From a virus: a stretch of DNA of 64,000 bases. Under the pieces are notes generated by a model, which ran no database searches, was not told the origin of the DNA, and saw only the letters and a program-made list of their open reading frames with translations. Shown here piece by piece: positions 49,966 through 58,703 of the stretch. A program made the translations under genes and the position numbers. Each line of letters opens with the position of its first letter. The first letter of the stretch is position 1. The stretch is taken from IMG/VR virus record IMGVR_UViG_3300032050_000010; one strand, written 5' to 3'.

Positions 49966-50211
49966 ATGTTATCAGCATTATTCGCAGTCGTCGGTAGTTA
50001 CGTTGCCGTCGCCGGTGTGCTCGTCGCCAAGCGTGCATTGAAGATCACTGATCTGCACGAAGAGTACACGTTCATCCGCTCACGTGAGCAGAAGTCACAC
50101 ATCAGAGCCTATGCGATTGTATTGAAGGGCGGCTTCAAGAGCGATCTGCTCTGGATCAAACACCTTCCTAGCAAGGTCAAGACAGCACTCGCCTGGTTGA
50201 AGCCAGAGTAG
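49966..50211 (+). CDS. Small protein with N-terminal hydrophobic segment
   Basis: RBS AGGAGG; MLSALFAVVGSYVAVAGVLVA. Confidence 0.55.
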   Translation: MLSALFAVVGSYVAVAGVLVAKRALKITDLHEEYTFIRSREQKSHIRAYAIVLKGGFKSDLLWIKHLPSKVKTALAWLKPE

Positions 50212-50215
50212 TTCC

Positions 50216-50917
50216 ATGAGCCGCGAGCTTCAGCGCGCGACGCTCTTCTTTAAGTACATTAGAGAAGAGCACGCTCACCACATCGAGATGCTTGAGCGCG
50301 GAAAGCAGCAGCTACTTGAAGCCCTGAAGTACGTGAAGGTTGATCCAAATGCTCAGCCTCGCCAGCAAAATCAGCAACAGAGCACACCACCCCAGCAGCA
50401 GCCTGCTGAGCCAGAGAAACCTCCTGTGCCCGACGATGTTGCTGCAGACGTCAAGAAGCTCTACAAGAAGATCGTCCAGGAGACACATCCCGACAAGTTG
50501 GCACAGTCAGATCACGGTCAAAAAGAGCGCGAGAAGCGCGTCAAGCTGTACATGGACGCCGTCAAGGCATTTCAAGCATCAGACAGGGACAACCTTGTGG
50601 AGATCGCGCTTGACCTCGAACTTGACACAGGCCTCGAGGTTGAGAAGATCGTTGCATCCCTTCTGACACGCAGCAAGGCACTCGAGCTCCAGATCCAACA
50701 GGTCAAGGGTTCAGTCGAGTGGCTGTGGATGCACTCTGACGAAGCAAAACGCGTCGAGGTGATCAAGGAACTGTGCAGGCGAAATGGCTGGCTCTACGTC
50801 ACAGATGAGCAGATCGTTGAGAGTGTCAGATACGCGTCCGGGATGCATCCAGGCACTAGAGAAGATGTCCGAGCAAGAGCACGCAAGATGATGCAGGAAC
50901 GGCGCAGGATTACTTGA
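50216..50917 (+). CDS. J-domain (DnaJ-like) protein
   Basis: VKKLYKKIVQETHPDKL: helix II plus HPD motif. Confidence 0.7.
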   Translation: MSRELQRATLFFKYIREEHAHHIEMLERGKQQLLEALKYVKVDPNAQPRQQNQQQSTPPQQQPAEPEKPPVPDDVAADVKKLYKKIVQETHPDKLAQSDHGQKEREKRVKLYMDAVKAFQASDRDNLVEIALDLELDTGLEVEKIVASLLTRSKALELQIQQVKGSVEWLWMHSDEAKRVEVIKELCRRNGWLYVTDEQIVESVRYASGMHPGTREDVRARARKMMQERRRIT

Positions 50918-50942
50918 ACACCGCACCGGGCGCATGTAGTAT
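50914..50942 (+). promoter_or_regulatory. Sigma70-like promoter
   Basis: TTGAAC-N17-TAGTAT before NDT gene. Confidence 0.5.
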
Positions 50943-50959
50943 TGCTTAGAGGCAATAAC

Positions 50960-51403
50960 ATGAACAACGTCTATATCGCAAGTGGTTGGTTTTCTCCAGA
51001 GTGGCTCCAGGAAGTTGAGGACATTAAGACTGTCCTCGAGGATCTCAAACTCGATTACTTCTCTCCCAAGGATTATGCGATCGCTGAGGCAACTGCAAGC
51101 AACGACACGCAGAAGCAGATCTTTGATGGCAACGTCAAACACCTTGACATCTGTGATTGGATGATCTGCAACACCCGCAACAAGGACATGGGTTCAATCT
51201 GGGAGGCAGGCTATTTCTACGCTCGCAACAAGCCCATCGTCTACTTCTGCGCTGGCCTTCCACCCGGTGCCAAGTTCAATCTCATGCTGTCAGCAAGCGG
51301 CGTCGCTGTCTGCACTTCTCTCGATGATCTCCGTGAGTACCTGACACACTGCAAGCGTGAAGGTAAGCTGATCACTCGCAACTACAGCGGTTTGATCGAG
51401 TAA
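50960..51403 (+). CDS. Nucleoside 2-deoxyribosyltransferase / nucleotide N-glycosidase family
   Basis: VYIASGWFS, YFSP, DMGSIWEAGY (catalytic Glu), KPIV, FNLML. Confidence 0.85.
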   Translation: MNNVYIASGWFSPEWLQEVEDIKTVLEDLKLDYFSPKDYAIAEATASNDTQKQIFDGNVKHLDICDWMICNTRNKDMGSIWEAGYFYARNKPIVYFCAGLPPGAKFNLMLSASGVAVCTSLDDLREYLTHCKREGKLITRNYSGLIE

Positions 51404-51451
51404 TGAGGATATTGTGCGCTCCTGGTGGATAGTTATCTGCTAGGAGCGCAC

Positions 51452-52171
51452 ATGCGTATGAATAGATTAGCCCTGCGTAAGATGATCCTCAGAGAGATGC
51501 ATGATCACATGCAAGATGAGGATATGCCAGAGATTGAAGCTGAGGTCATCGACGATGAGGAAGATGAAGAGCACGAAGACGAAGATGTTCCAGAGGAAGA
51601 TTACGACACCGACGTAGATGAAGAGGGCAACTTCGACTACGAGGATTCGAACGTCTACGAAGAAACTGGGATGATCAAGTCAAACCTCTACATGCTGTCC
51701 AAGAAGGCACATGAGCTCCATGACGAGATCGGAGATCGTGATGATCTTCCTGAGTGGGTGCAGGAGAAGATTGCAGTCGCATCCTACATGATGGACACAG
51801 TTCACGACTACCTCATGTACGAGATGGTCAAGGATGACCTCCACGAGAAGAAGGATGGGCACACCAAGAGCCGCAAGTACAAGGGCAAGGAGTACCGCGC
51901 GACACCTGCGATGGTAAGTGCAGTCAAGAAGGGTGCATCCTACAACCAGCTCGCAAAGCTCGCCAAGTGGGCTGATGAACCCGCTGCAGTCGTTCAGGCA
52001 GCAAAGATCGTGGCAAAGGGCAAGCCAATGTCCCGCGACGACGAGGAAGATGACCTCGACGAGAACGACAGCTGGGAACCACTGCGTCAGTCAACCGGTA
52101 TCATGTTCTTCGAGGACGAAGAGGGCACCGACTACCCAGCTCCCAAAGCGAAGGGTAAGAAGCGCGGTTGA
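51452..52171 (+). CDS. Acidic hypothetical protein, putative internal head protein
   Basis: MRMNRLALRKMILREM leader; DDLPEWVQEKIA module; ATAGTTA and AGGAG upstream. Confidence 0.6.
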   Translation: MRMNRLALRKMILREMHDHMQDEDMPEIEAEVIDDEEDEEHEDEDVPEEDYDTDVDEEGNFDYEDSNVYEETGMIKSNLYMLSKKAHELHDEIGDRDDLPEWVQEKIAVASYMMDTVHDYLMYEMVKDDLHEKKDGHTKSRKYKGKEYRATPAMVSAVKKGASYNQLAKLAKWADEPAAVVQAAKIVAKGKPMSRDDEEDDLDENDSWEPLRQSTGIMFFEDEEGTDYPAPKAKGKKRG

Positions 52172-52197
52172 GGTAGTTAGATAACCAGCGGTCGCTG

Positions 52198-52226
52198 GTG
52201 TAAATAGAGGCCTCGGTGATTATAAT
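52198..52226 (+). promoter_or_regulatory. Sigma70-like promoter for SDR-dnaE-kinase/TS operon
   Basis: GTGTAA-N17-TATAAT, 6 nt before ATG 52233. Confidence 0.6.
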
Positions 52227-52232
52227 GAGTTC

Positions 52233-53213
52233 ATGAAGATACTCATTACTGGTCACCGAGGTTTCATTGCATCTAACCTTCCACCTGCATTCGCTGATCT
52301 CGATCACGAAGTTGTCGATCCCAGCCAGCTCAGGCTGACACACAAGCTGCCGACAGGTGAGCACTGCGTCTATCGTAACAGTGAGGATGACTGGGCGCGC
52401 GAGATCAAGCGGCTCGGCGTCGATGTAGTTGTCCACAATGCAGCAGCAGTGGGCACCGATGTCGTCGCGCTCAATCCTAGCGATGCGACGCTGTCCAACG
52501 TGACAGGAACCTACAACATCTGCCGCGCTGCTGAGAAAGCACGCGCAGCCGTCCTCTACCTCGGAACGACAGTCATCTATAACACAGATCTGTATCAGGG
52601 CTCCTGGATCGCTGAGCGCTCCTCGCACGGCCCACAGACGCTCTACGGATCTCTGAAGCTGGCAGGTGAGTACATCGTCCGTGCACACAGCACGAAGTGG
52701 TCGATCGTCCGGCCCCTCTTCTGCTACGGCGGCGTGGGTGACAACAACTCACTGATCGCGAAGGGGTTCTTCGGCGCTGCACACGGCAAGGAGAAGATCG
52801 ACATGTTCCTCGATCCCAAGAAGATCAAGGATTACATGCGCGTCGAGGATTTCTGCGATGCGGTGGCAACTGTGGTCGATAAGGAGCTCTGGAACGATGA
52901 CTGGAACGTCGCTGCGGAGACGCCTGAGAACACAGGCAGGATCGTCGAGATGATGAGTGAGATCTCGTGCAAGGATCTAAAGGGTGTGGTAAAATGGCAC
53001 CCAGGAACCGACTACTTGGGTAACCATCGACTAAGCTCACAGAAGTTCAGGGATGCTTCTGGTTGGACACCAAAGTTCGACCTATATGGTGGCTTGGAAA
53101 AGTCGTGGAATGACATCCAGCGTAATCTGGGTTCCACGGATTATAATCCTCTGCGATATCTGGAAGATGCCAAGAAGCGCGGCATCGACCTCACACAATT
53201 CTTCAACCGGTGA
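52233..53213 (+). CDS. NAD-dependent NDP-sugar epimerase/dehydratase (divergent extended SDR)
   Basis: ITGHRGFIA, HNAA, GTTVIY, YGSLK, RPLFCYG. Confidence 0.85.
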   Translation: MKILITGHRGFIASNLPPAFADLDHEVVDPSQLRLTHKLPTGEHCVYRNSEDDWAREIKRLGVDVVVHNAAAVGTDVVALNPSDATLSNVTGTYNICRAAEKARAAVLYLGTTVIYNTDLYQGSWIAERSSHGPQTLYGSLKLAGEYIVRAHSTKWSIVRPLFCYGGVGDNNSLIAKGFFGAAHGKEKIDMFLDPKKIKDYMRVEDFCDAVATVVDKELWNDDWNVAAETPENTGRIVEMMSEISCKDLKGVVKWHPGTDYLGNHRLSSQKFRDASGWTPKFDLYGGLEKSWNDIQRNLGSTDYNPLRYLEDAKKRGIDLTQFFNR

Positions 53214-53219
53214 AATAAC

Positions 53220-56200
53220 ATGAGTATCATTCGACCTCCGGATCGGTTTGTGGGCCTTCATGCCCACTCCGGTTTCTCGACCATGGACGGCCTCGGCTAT
53301 CCCGCCCAGCACATCGACTTCGTGCTGAAGAACGGCATGGATGCCTGGGCGTTGACTGACCACGGCAACGGCAGTGGCCTTGCCCACGCACAGTCACATG
53401 CCAAGAAGATGAAGAAGGCGGGCCAGAAGTACCGTCAGCTGAACGGGGTCGAGTTCTACTTCGTTCCATCACTGAAGAACTGGGCAGAGCAGTATCAAGA
53501 TCACAAGGACGCAGTCGCTGCTGCTCGCTCTGAGAAGAAGTCGAAGGAGGCGACTGACATCGACGCCGACGATGAGGCAGGTGCGGGTCACATCATCGAG
53601 AATGAGGATGAGACAAAGGACGCGTCATCACTCGAAGTGAAGGATGACGAGTGGAAGCGTCGCTACCACCTCGTTGTGATTGCTAAGGATAAGCGTGGCC
53701 TGTCCAACCTCTTCACGCTGGTCAAGCGGTCATTCAAGGAGGGGTACTATCGTTTCCCTCGGATTGACTTCGACATGCTCAAGCAGCACGGTGAAGGGCT
53801 TGTCGTCAGCACAGCCTGCATCGGTGGCATCATGGCGAACCGCGTCCTCCGCGGACAGGCGATGCACAAGTCAGATGCTGAGATCCAGCACGAGCTCAAG
53901 AACCTGACGGATCGGTTTGTGGACGCCGTCGGCCTCGAGAACTTCAACCTCGAGATCCAGTTCAACAAGCTGCAGGCACAGCACGACGTCAATCGGCACC
54001 TGATCGATCTGCACAAGAGCACAGGCGTCCCGCTGGTGGCGACCTGCGATAGTCACTATCCCACTCCTGACAAGTGGAAGACGCGCGAGCTCTATAAGAA
54101 GCTGGCGTGGATGAACGCAAAGGAGGAACCCAAGCCCCTCCCAGCATTCGATGAGCTGAAGTGCGAGCTCTACCCAAAGAACGCCGAGCAGATGTGGGAG
54201 GAGTTCAATCGACATACTGATGCCTACACATTCTATCAAGGCAGCGAGGAGCTGGTTCGAGATGCGATCGAGCGGACGCACGACATCGCATGGCAGCAGT
54301 GTGAGGACGTCTGGGTCGATACAGGCGCCAAGCTCCCAGTTTTCGCCACGCCTGAGAAGACAGAGTTCCAGCAGCTGGTGGATCTCGTCAAGGAGCGGAT
54401 GGGCGAGATGGGGCTGCATGAAAATCCCGAGTACATGGCGCGTGTGAAGGAGGAACTCTCAGACATCAAGCACCTGGGACACGCATCTTACTTCCTCACA
54501 ATGTACAAGATCTTCCACCGTGCTAAAGAGCGGACGCTCCTCGGGCCAGGTCGTGGATCGGCACCCGGTTCTCTCGTCAACTACATCCTTGGGATTACAC
54601 AGATTGATCCACTTCCGTTCGGCCTCCTCTGGAATCGCTTCCTTGGTCGGCATCGTGTGTCTTGGCCCGATATCGACTCCGATGCTGGTGATCGTGACGT
54701 TCTTATTGACGCGGCACGTGAGCTCTTCGGTGACGATGCTGTCATTCCCGTCTCCAACTTCAACACCCTGAAGCTGAAGTCGCTGGTGAAGGACGTCGCG
54801 AAGTTCTTCAACGTTCCGTTCGATGAGGTCAATGCGGTGACAGGACCGCTTCAGGACGAGGTCATGCCTCACGCTAAGGATGATGACCAGGAGAAGTCGG
54901 TCTTCGTCCTCAAGCACGATGACTGCATGAAGTACTCACCTGCTTACAATGCATTCATGACGAAGTACCCCGAGGTGGAGGAGCACGTTAATGCGCTCTT
55001 CATGGAGAACCGTTCGATCGGTCGTCATGCAGGCGGCGTCCTCGTTGCAGAACCCAAGGCGTTGGCTGAAGGCATGCCCATCATCGGTGTTCGCGGTGAA
55101 TTGCAGACGCCGTGGACAGAAGGTATGAACTTCCGCAACCTGGAGGACAACGGCTTCCTCAAGTTCGACTTCCTCGGCCTAACACTGCTCAAGGACGTAG
55201 AGAACTGCATCAAGCGGATCCTGATCAAACAGGGTGTCAAGAACCCGACATTCAGCCAGATCAAGGATTTCTTCGATGAGCATCTCAACTGCCGAACGGT
55301 CAAGCAGGATGATCAGCAGGTTTGGAAGCATGTCTATCACGAGGGTCGGTTCGTCGGTGTCTTCCAGTTCACAGCTGACGGTGCACGTAAGTTTTGCCTC
55401 GATGCGAAGCCCACAAACATCGGTGAGCTGGCAGCACTGACAGCAATCTACCGACCAGGCCCACTGAAGGCAAACGTCCACAAGCTGTATGTCCAGGCAA
55501 AGCGGGATGCCTCGAAGATCAAGTACGACCATCCAGTCATCCAGGAAGTGCTAGGGCCCACGTTCGGTTACGTTGTCTTCCAGGAACAGTTCATGATGCT
55601 GGCGCAGAAGCTGGCAGGGTTCTCTCCTGGTGAGGCTGACCAGCTCCGCAAGACGCTGGTCAAGAAGTCGCTGGACACGCTGGGCAAGAAGTCATCTGAG
55701 AAGGAGGCAGCGCGGAAGCAGTTCATCGACGGTGCTCTGGCACTGCACGGTGTGCCTGAGAAGGTGACTGGCCCGCTCTGGGACACGATCGAGGCTTTCT
55801 CGGTGTACGGCTTCAACAAGTCGCACTCCGTGTCCTACGCGATCGATTCCTACTATGCAGGATGGCTCCACACGCACTACGAGAAGGAGTGGTTGGCAAC
55901 AATCCTGCAGTCTGAGACAGGCAATCCCAAGGGCCTGGCAAAGGCTATTGCCGAGATCAAGGCAATCGGTTATAAGTTCTCGCAGGTCGACATCAACTAC
56001 TCAGGTACCGAGTGGACGTACTCTGATGAGATCCAGGCGTTCGTTCCGCCGCTGACATCTGTCAAGGGCCTAGGCGACTCAGCAGTGAGTGAGATCATGG
56101 AGAACAGGCCCTACCGTGCGCTGGATGACCTCCTGTTCGATGCAGAAGGTGAGTGGCGCCACTCCAAGCTGAACAAGAGCTGCCTTGAGTCGCTGATCCT

Positions 56201-56783
56201 CACTGAGAGCCTGGGTTCGCTGCAGGAGTTCAAGGACGAGCGTCTCAACAATCACAATCAGCTCCACAAGATGATCATCGAGAACTATGACACGCTCCGC
56301 AAGGGTCGCACAGGAATGACCAAGACGGCCACCAAGAAGTGGGTAAAGGAGCACGGTAAAGAGCCCGTGATCATCGACCAGCTGATCGAGGCAACAGCGG
56401 ATGTCCAAGATTGGAACCGCTACGAGAAGATCAAGAACTTCGTGGAGATCTTGACCACGGCGTCAGAAGAACTACTATTCCCACCCACCGTGATGGCAAA
56501 GATTGATCGTTCTAACGTCCCGTCTGCAATGCAGATCTCACCAGGATCGAAAGCAGTTGTCTGGTTCTGTGCGCAGGACTGGGTCAAGAAGCAGACAAAG
56601 AACGGCAAGACATTCTACACAGCATTCGCTGTTGACAATAACAGTGACACTGCAAGGATCCGTGTGTGGGGCACATTTAAAGAAGAGCCCGAGCGATACA
56701 CTATGTGGCTAGCTGAGGTAGAATATGATGCTAACTGGGGTATGTCAACCTCAGCAATGAAAATGCGAAAGATCGAGGTGTAA
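53220..56783 (+). CDS. dnaE: DNA polymerase III alpha (family C)
   Basis: PHP motifs HAHSGFS.DG, LTDHG, GVEFY, CDSHY; GRGSAPGS; PDIDSD; KFDFLGL; YGFNKSHS. Confidence 0.96.
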   Translation: MSIIRPPDRFVGLHAHSGFSTMDGLGYPAQHIDFVLKNGMDAWALTDHGNGSGLAHAQSHAKKMKKAGQKYRQLNGVEFYFVPSLKNWAEQYQDHKDAVAAARSEKKSKEATDIDADDEAGAGHIIENEDETKDASSLEVKDDEWKRRYHLVVIAKDKRGLSNLFTLVKRSFKEGYYRFPRIDFDMLKQHGEGLVVSTACIGGIMANRVLRGQAMHKSDAEIQHELKNLTDRFVDAVGLENFNLEIQFNKLQAQHDVNRHLIDLHKSTGVPLVATCDSHYPTPDKWKTRELYKKLAWMNAKEEPKPLPAFDELKCELYPKNAEQMWEEFNRHTDAYTFYQGSEELVRDAIERTHDIAWQQCEDVWVDTGAKLPVFATPEKTEFQQLVDLVKERMGEMGLHENPEYMARVKEELSDIKHLGHASYFLTMYKIFHRAKERTLLGPGRGSAPGSLVNYILGITQIDPLPFGLLWNRFLGRHRVSWPDIDSDAGDRDVLIDAARELFGDDAVIPVSNFNTLKLKSLVKDVAKFFNVPFDEVNAVTGPLQDEVMPHAKDDDQEKSVFVLKHDDCMKYSPAYNAFMTKYPEVEEHVNALFMENRSIGRHAGGVLVAEPKALAEGMPIIGVRGELQTPWTEGMNFRNLEDNGFLKFDFLGLTLLKDVENCIKRILIKQGVKNPTFSQIKDFFDEHLNCRTVKQDDQQVWKHVYHEGRFVGVFQFTADGARKFCLDAKPTNIGELAALTAIYRPGPLKANVHKLYVQAKRDASKIKYDHPVIQEVLGPTFGYVVFQEQFMMLAQKLAGFSPGEADQLRKTLVKKSLDTLGKKSSEKEAARKQFIDGALALHGVPEKVTGPLWDTIEAFSVYGFNKSHSVSYAIDSYYAGWLHTHYEKEWLATILQSETGNPKGLAKAIAEIKAIGYKFSQVDINYSGTEWTYSDEIQAFVPPLTSVKGLGDSAVSEIMENRPYRALDDLLFDAEGEWRHSKLNKSCLESLILTESLGSLQEFKDERLNNHNQLHKMIIENYDTLRKGRTGMTKTATKKWVKEHGKEPVIIDQLIEATADVQDWNRYEKIKNFVEILTTASEELLFPPTVMAKIDRSNVPSAMQISPGSKAVVWFCAQDWVKKQTKNGKTFYTAFAVDNNSDTARIRVWGTFKEEPERYTMWLAEVEYDANWGMSTSAMKMRKIEV

Positions 56784-56784
56784 T

Positions 56785-57693
56785 TTGAAGTTCAATCTAA
56801 AGACAGTTGTGCTAGAAGGTGTGGATTGCAGCGGCAAGACAACACTGTTTAGGAGCTTGCATCGTGCAACAGGCTTCAAGTGGAATATCCACGATCGAAG
56901 TGCTCTCTCGATGCTCTGCTATGCAGTCATGTACGGAAGAGATGTTGACCACTGGCGGCAGCTTCTCTTGGAAGAGATCAGCGATCTGAACAATGTGATC
57001 GTTGTGCTCATGCCCCCACTGGCCACCATCAAGGATCGCCTTGCTGAAAGAGGCGACGAGTTTCAAGATCAAGTGACGATTGAGAAGTTGTACACCATCT
57101 TTGAGGATGAGGTTTCACGTCTCAGCGCATACCCTAACGTCTTAGTTTGCGCGCAATCAAAAGCTTCTAGCGATGACATCGCACGGTGGCTGCTAAACTA
57201 CGAGCGGCAGACATACAGTCGACTTGCAGAGATGACGCACGATCATGCGAGGATCAAGCTGTCTGGTGAAGCGCCTTTCCTAAAGATGACGTGGGAAGAC
57301 ACTGACTTCAAGACGCTCAGCACAAAGGCACTCTTCTACGAACCTGAGCTTGAGTACTACGAAGCAACACGCAAGAAGCTTATTGAAAAGATCCAAGCAG
57401 AGCTGGCTGGACAGAATGAGTACGAGATGAAGCAGGATCTCAAGTCGCGACGGTTTGTCATGACACAGGATAGTTGCATCTCCTATGCACACTTCATGTA
57501 TCGTGGCGGCGTGCTTCACGCCAACATCGTGTGCAGATCTTCTGAGGTGTCGCGTATCTTCCCAAATGACATCCACTTCATCGGTCACATGGGTCAGACA
57601 GCCCGACGTGAGCTCGGCCTCACCGTTGAGACACCCGTGAGGTTTAATCTCACTCTCGACTCAGCACATGTAATCTTTCAACCTACGCATTAA
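56785..57693 (+). CDS. Fusion: dNMP kinase + minimal thymidylate-synthase-fold domain (dCMP type)
   Basis: LEGVDCSGKTT and HDRS kinase motifs; SRR...DSC231...RS(251)SEVSRIFPND262...SAHV. Confidence 0.8.
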   Translation: MKFNLKTVVLEGVDCSGKTTLFRSLHRATGFKWNIHDRSALSMLCYAVMYGRDVDHWRQLLLEEISDLNNVIVVLMPPLATIKDRLAERGDEFQDQVTIEKLYTIFEDEVSRLSAYPNVLVCAQSKASSDDIARWLLNYERQTYSRLAEMTHDHARIKLSGEAPFLKMTWEDTDFKTLSTKALFYEPELEYYEATRKKLIEKIQAELAGQNEYEMKQDLKSRRFVMTQDSCISYAHFMYRGGVLHANIVCRSSEVSRIFPNDIHFIGHMGQTARRELGLTVETPVRFNLTLDSAHVIFQPTH

Positions 57694-57710
57694 AGTACTT
57701 AGAGGCATAA

Positions 57711-58703
57711 ATGAAGAGAGCATTAGTAACGGGCGGCGCCGGCTTCATTGGGTCAAATCTGACGCACGCGCTTGTCGATGATGGCTGGACAGTTGACGTA
57801 GTAGACGACATGTCGAACGGCCACCTCAACCTTCTTGATAATTTGAGCTATCGAGTTTTTCTGCCGGGCATGGCAGAAATCTATGAAGCACAGAAGCAGA
57901 GAACTTCGAAAGAAGTTTACGTGCATGAGTGTGACTTTGCACACCCAGTCATTCTAGACAGAATTGCTCGGAAGCAATACGACGTCGTCTTCCACCAGGC
58001 AGCTGTTCCGCAAGTTTCCTACTCTGTCGAGCAGCCTACGAAGACGACAGACGTCAATCTTCTGAGAAGCATTGAGCTTCTCCATTCTTGCGTCGGCAAC
58101 GTCGACAAGGTGGTTGTTGCATCATCATCAGCTGTCTATGGTAATACGGAGACACTGCCGACAACTGAAGAGACGCCACGTAACCCAAGATCTCCATACG
58201 GCCTCCAGAAGAGTGCTCTTGAGGATTTCTGTCGACTATTTGGTGAGCTCTACGATCTAGACACCGTCTGTCTGCGTTATTTCAACGTTTTTGGAGCAGG
58301 CCAGTACGGCGACTCACCTTATTCCACAGCAGTGTCTGCATGGTGTGATGCAATCAAACACGGACGAACACTTAGATCAGATGGTGACGGATCGCAGTCC
58401 CGTGACATGTGTCATGTTGACAATGTTGTAAGTGCCAATATTCTTGCTGCCAAGACGCCGAACCGCCTCATGGGCAAAGGGTACAACATCTGCTGCGGTG
58501 AGCGGACGACAAACCTTGAGATCCTCCAGCACCTCACAGGAGCATTTCCAACAGTTGAAGTTCGTCACGCTCCCTGGCGTCCAGGTGATGTTAAGCACAC
58601 ACTGGGTGACTGGTCAGCAGCAAATCGTGACTTCGGATACCAACCAATAGTTAAGTTCTGGGATGGGCTTGAGAAGACGCTCGCCTGGTGGGAGCTCAAG
58701 TAA
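57711..58703 (+). CDS. NAD-dependent UDP-sugar 4-epimerase-like SDR
   Basis: TGGAGFIGS, HQAA, SSSAVYG, YGLQK, LRYFNVFG, RPGDVKHT. Confidence 0.92.
   Translation: MKRALVTGGAGFIGSNLTHALVDDGWTVDVVDDMSNGHLNLLDNLSYRVFLPGMAEIYEAQKQRTSKEVYVHECDFAHPVILDRIARKQYDVVFHQAAVPQVSYSVEQPTKTTDVNLLRSIELLHSCVGNVDKVVVASSSAVYGNTETLPTTEETPRNPRSPYGLQKSALEDFCRLFGELYDLDTVCLRYFNVFGAGQYGDSPYSTAVSAWCDAIKHGRTLRSDGDGSQSRDMCHVDNVVSANILAAKTPNRLMGKGYNICCGERTTNLEILQHLTGAFPTVEVRHAPWRPGDVKHTLGDWSAANRDFGYQPIVKFWDGLEKTLAWWELK

Noticed and set aside
35588-56783. Inteins or introns in helicase, nrdJ or dnaE
   Set aside because: Normal lengths, no splice-junction or homing-endonuclease motifs; the dnaE PHP insert is a short acidic loop.
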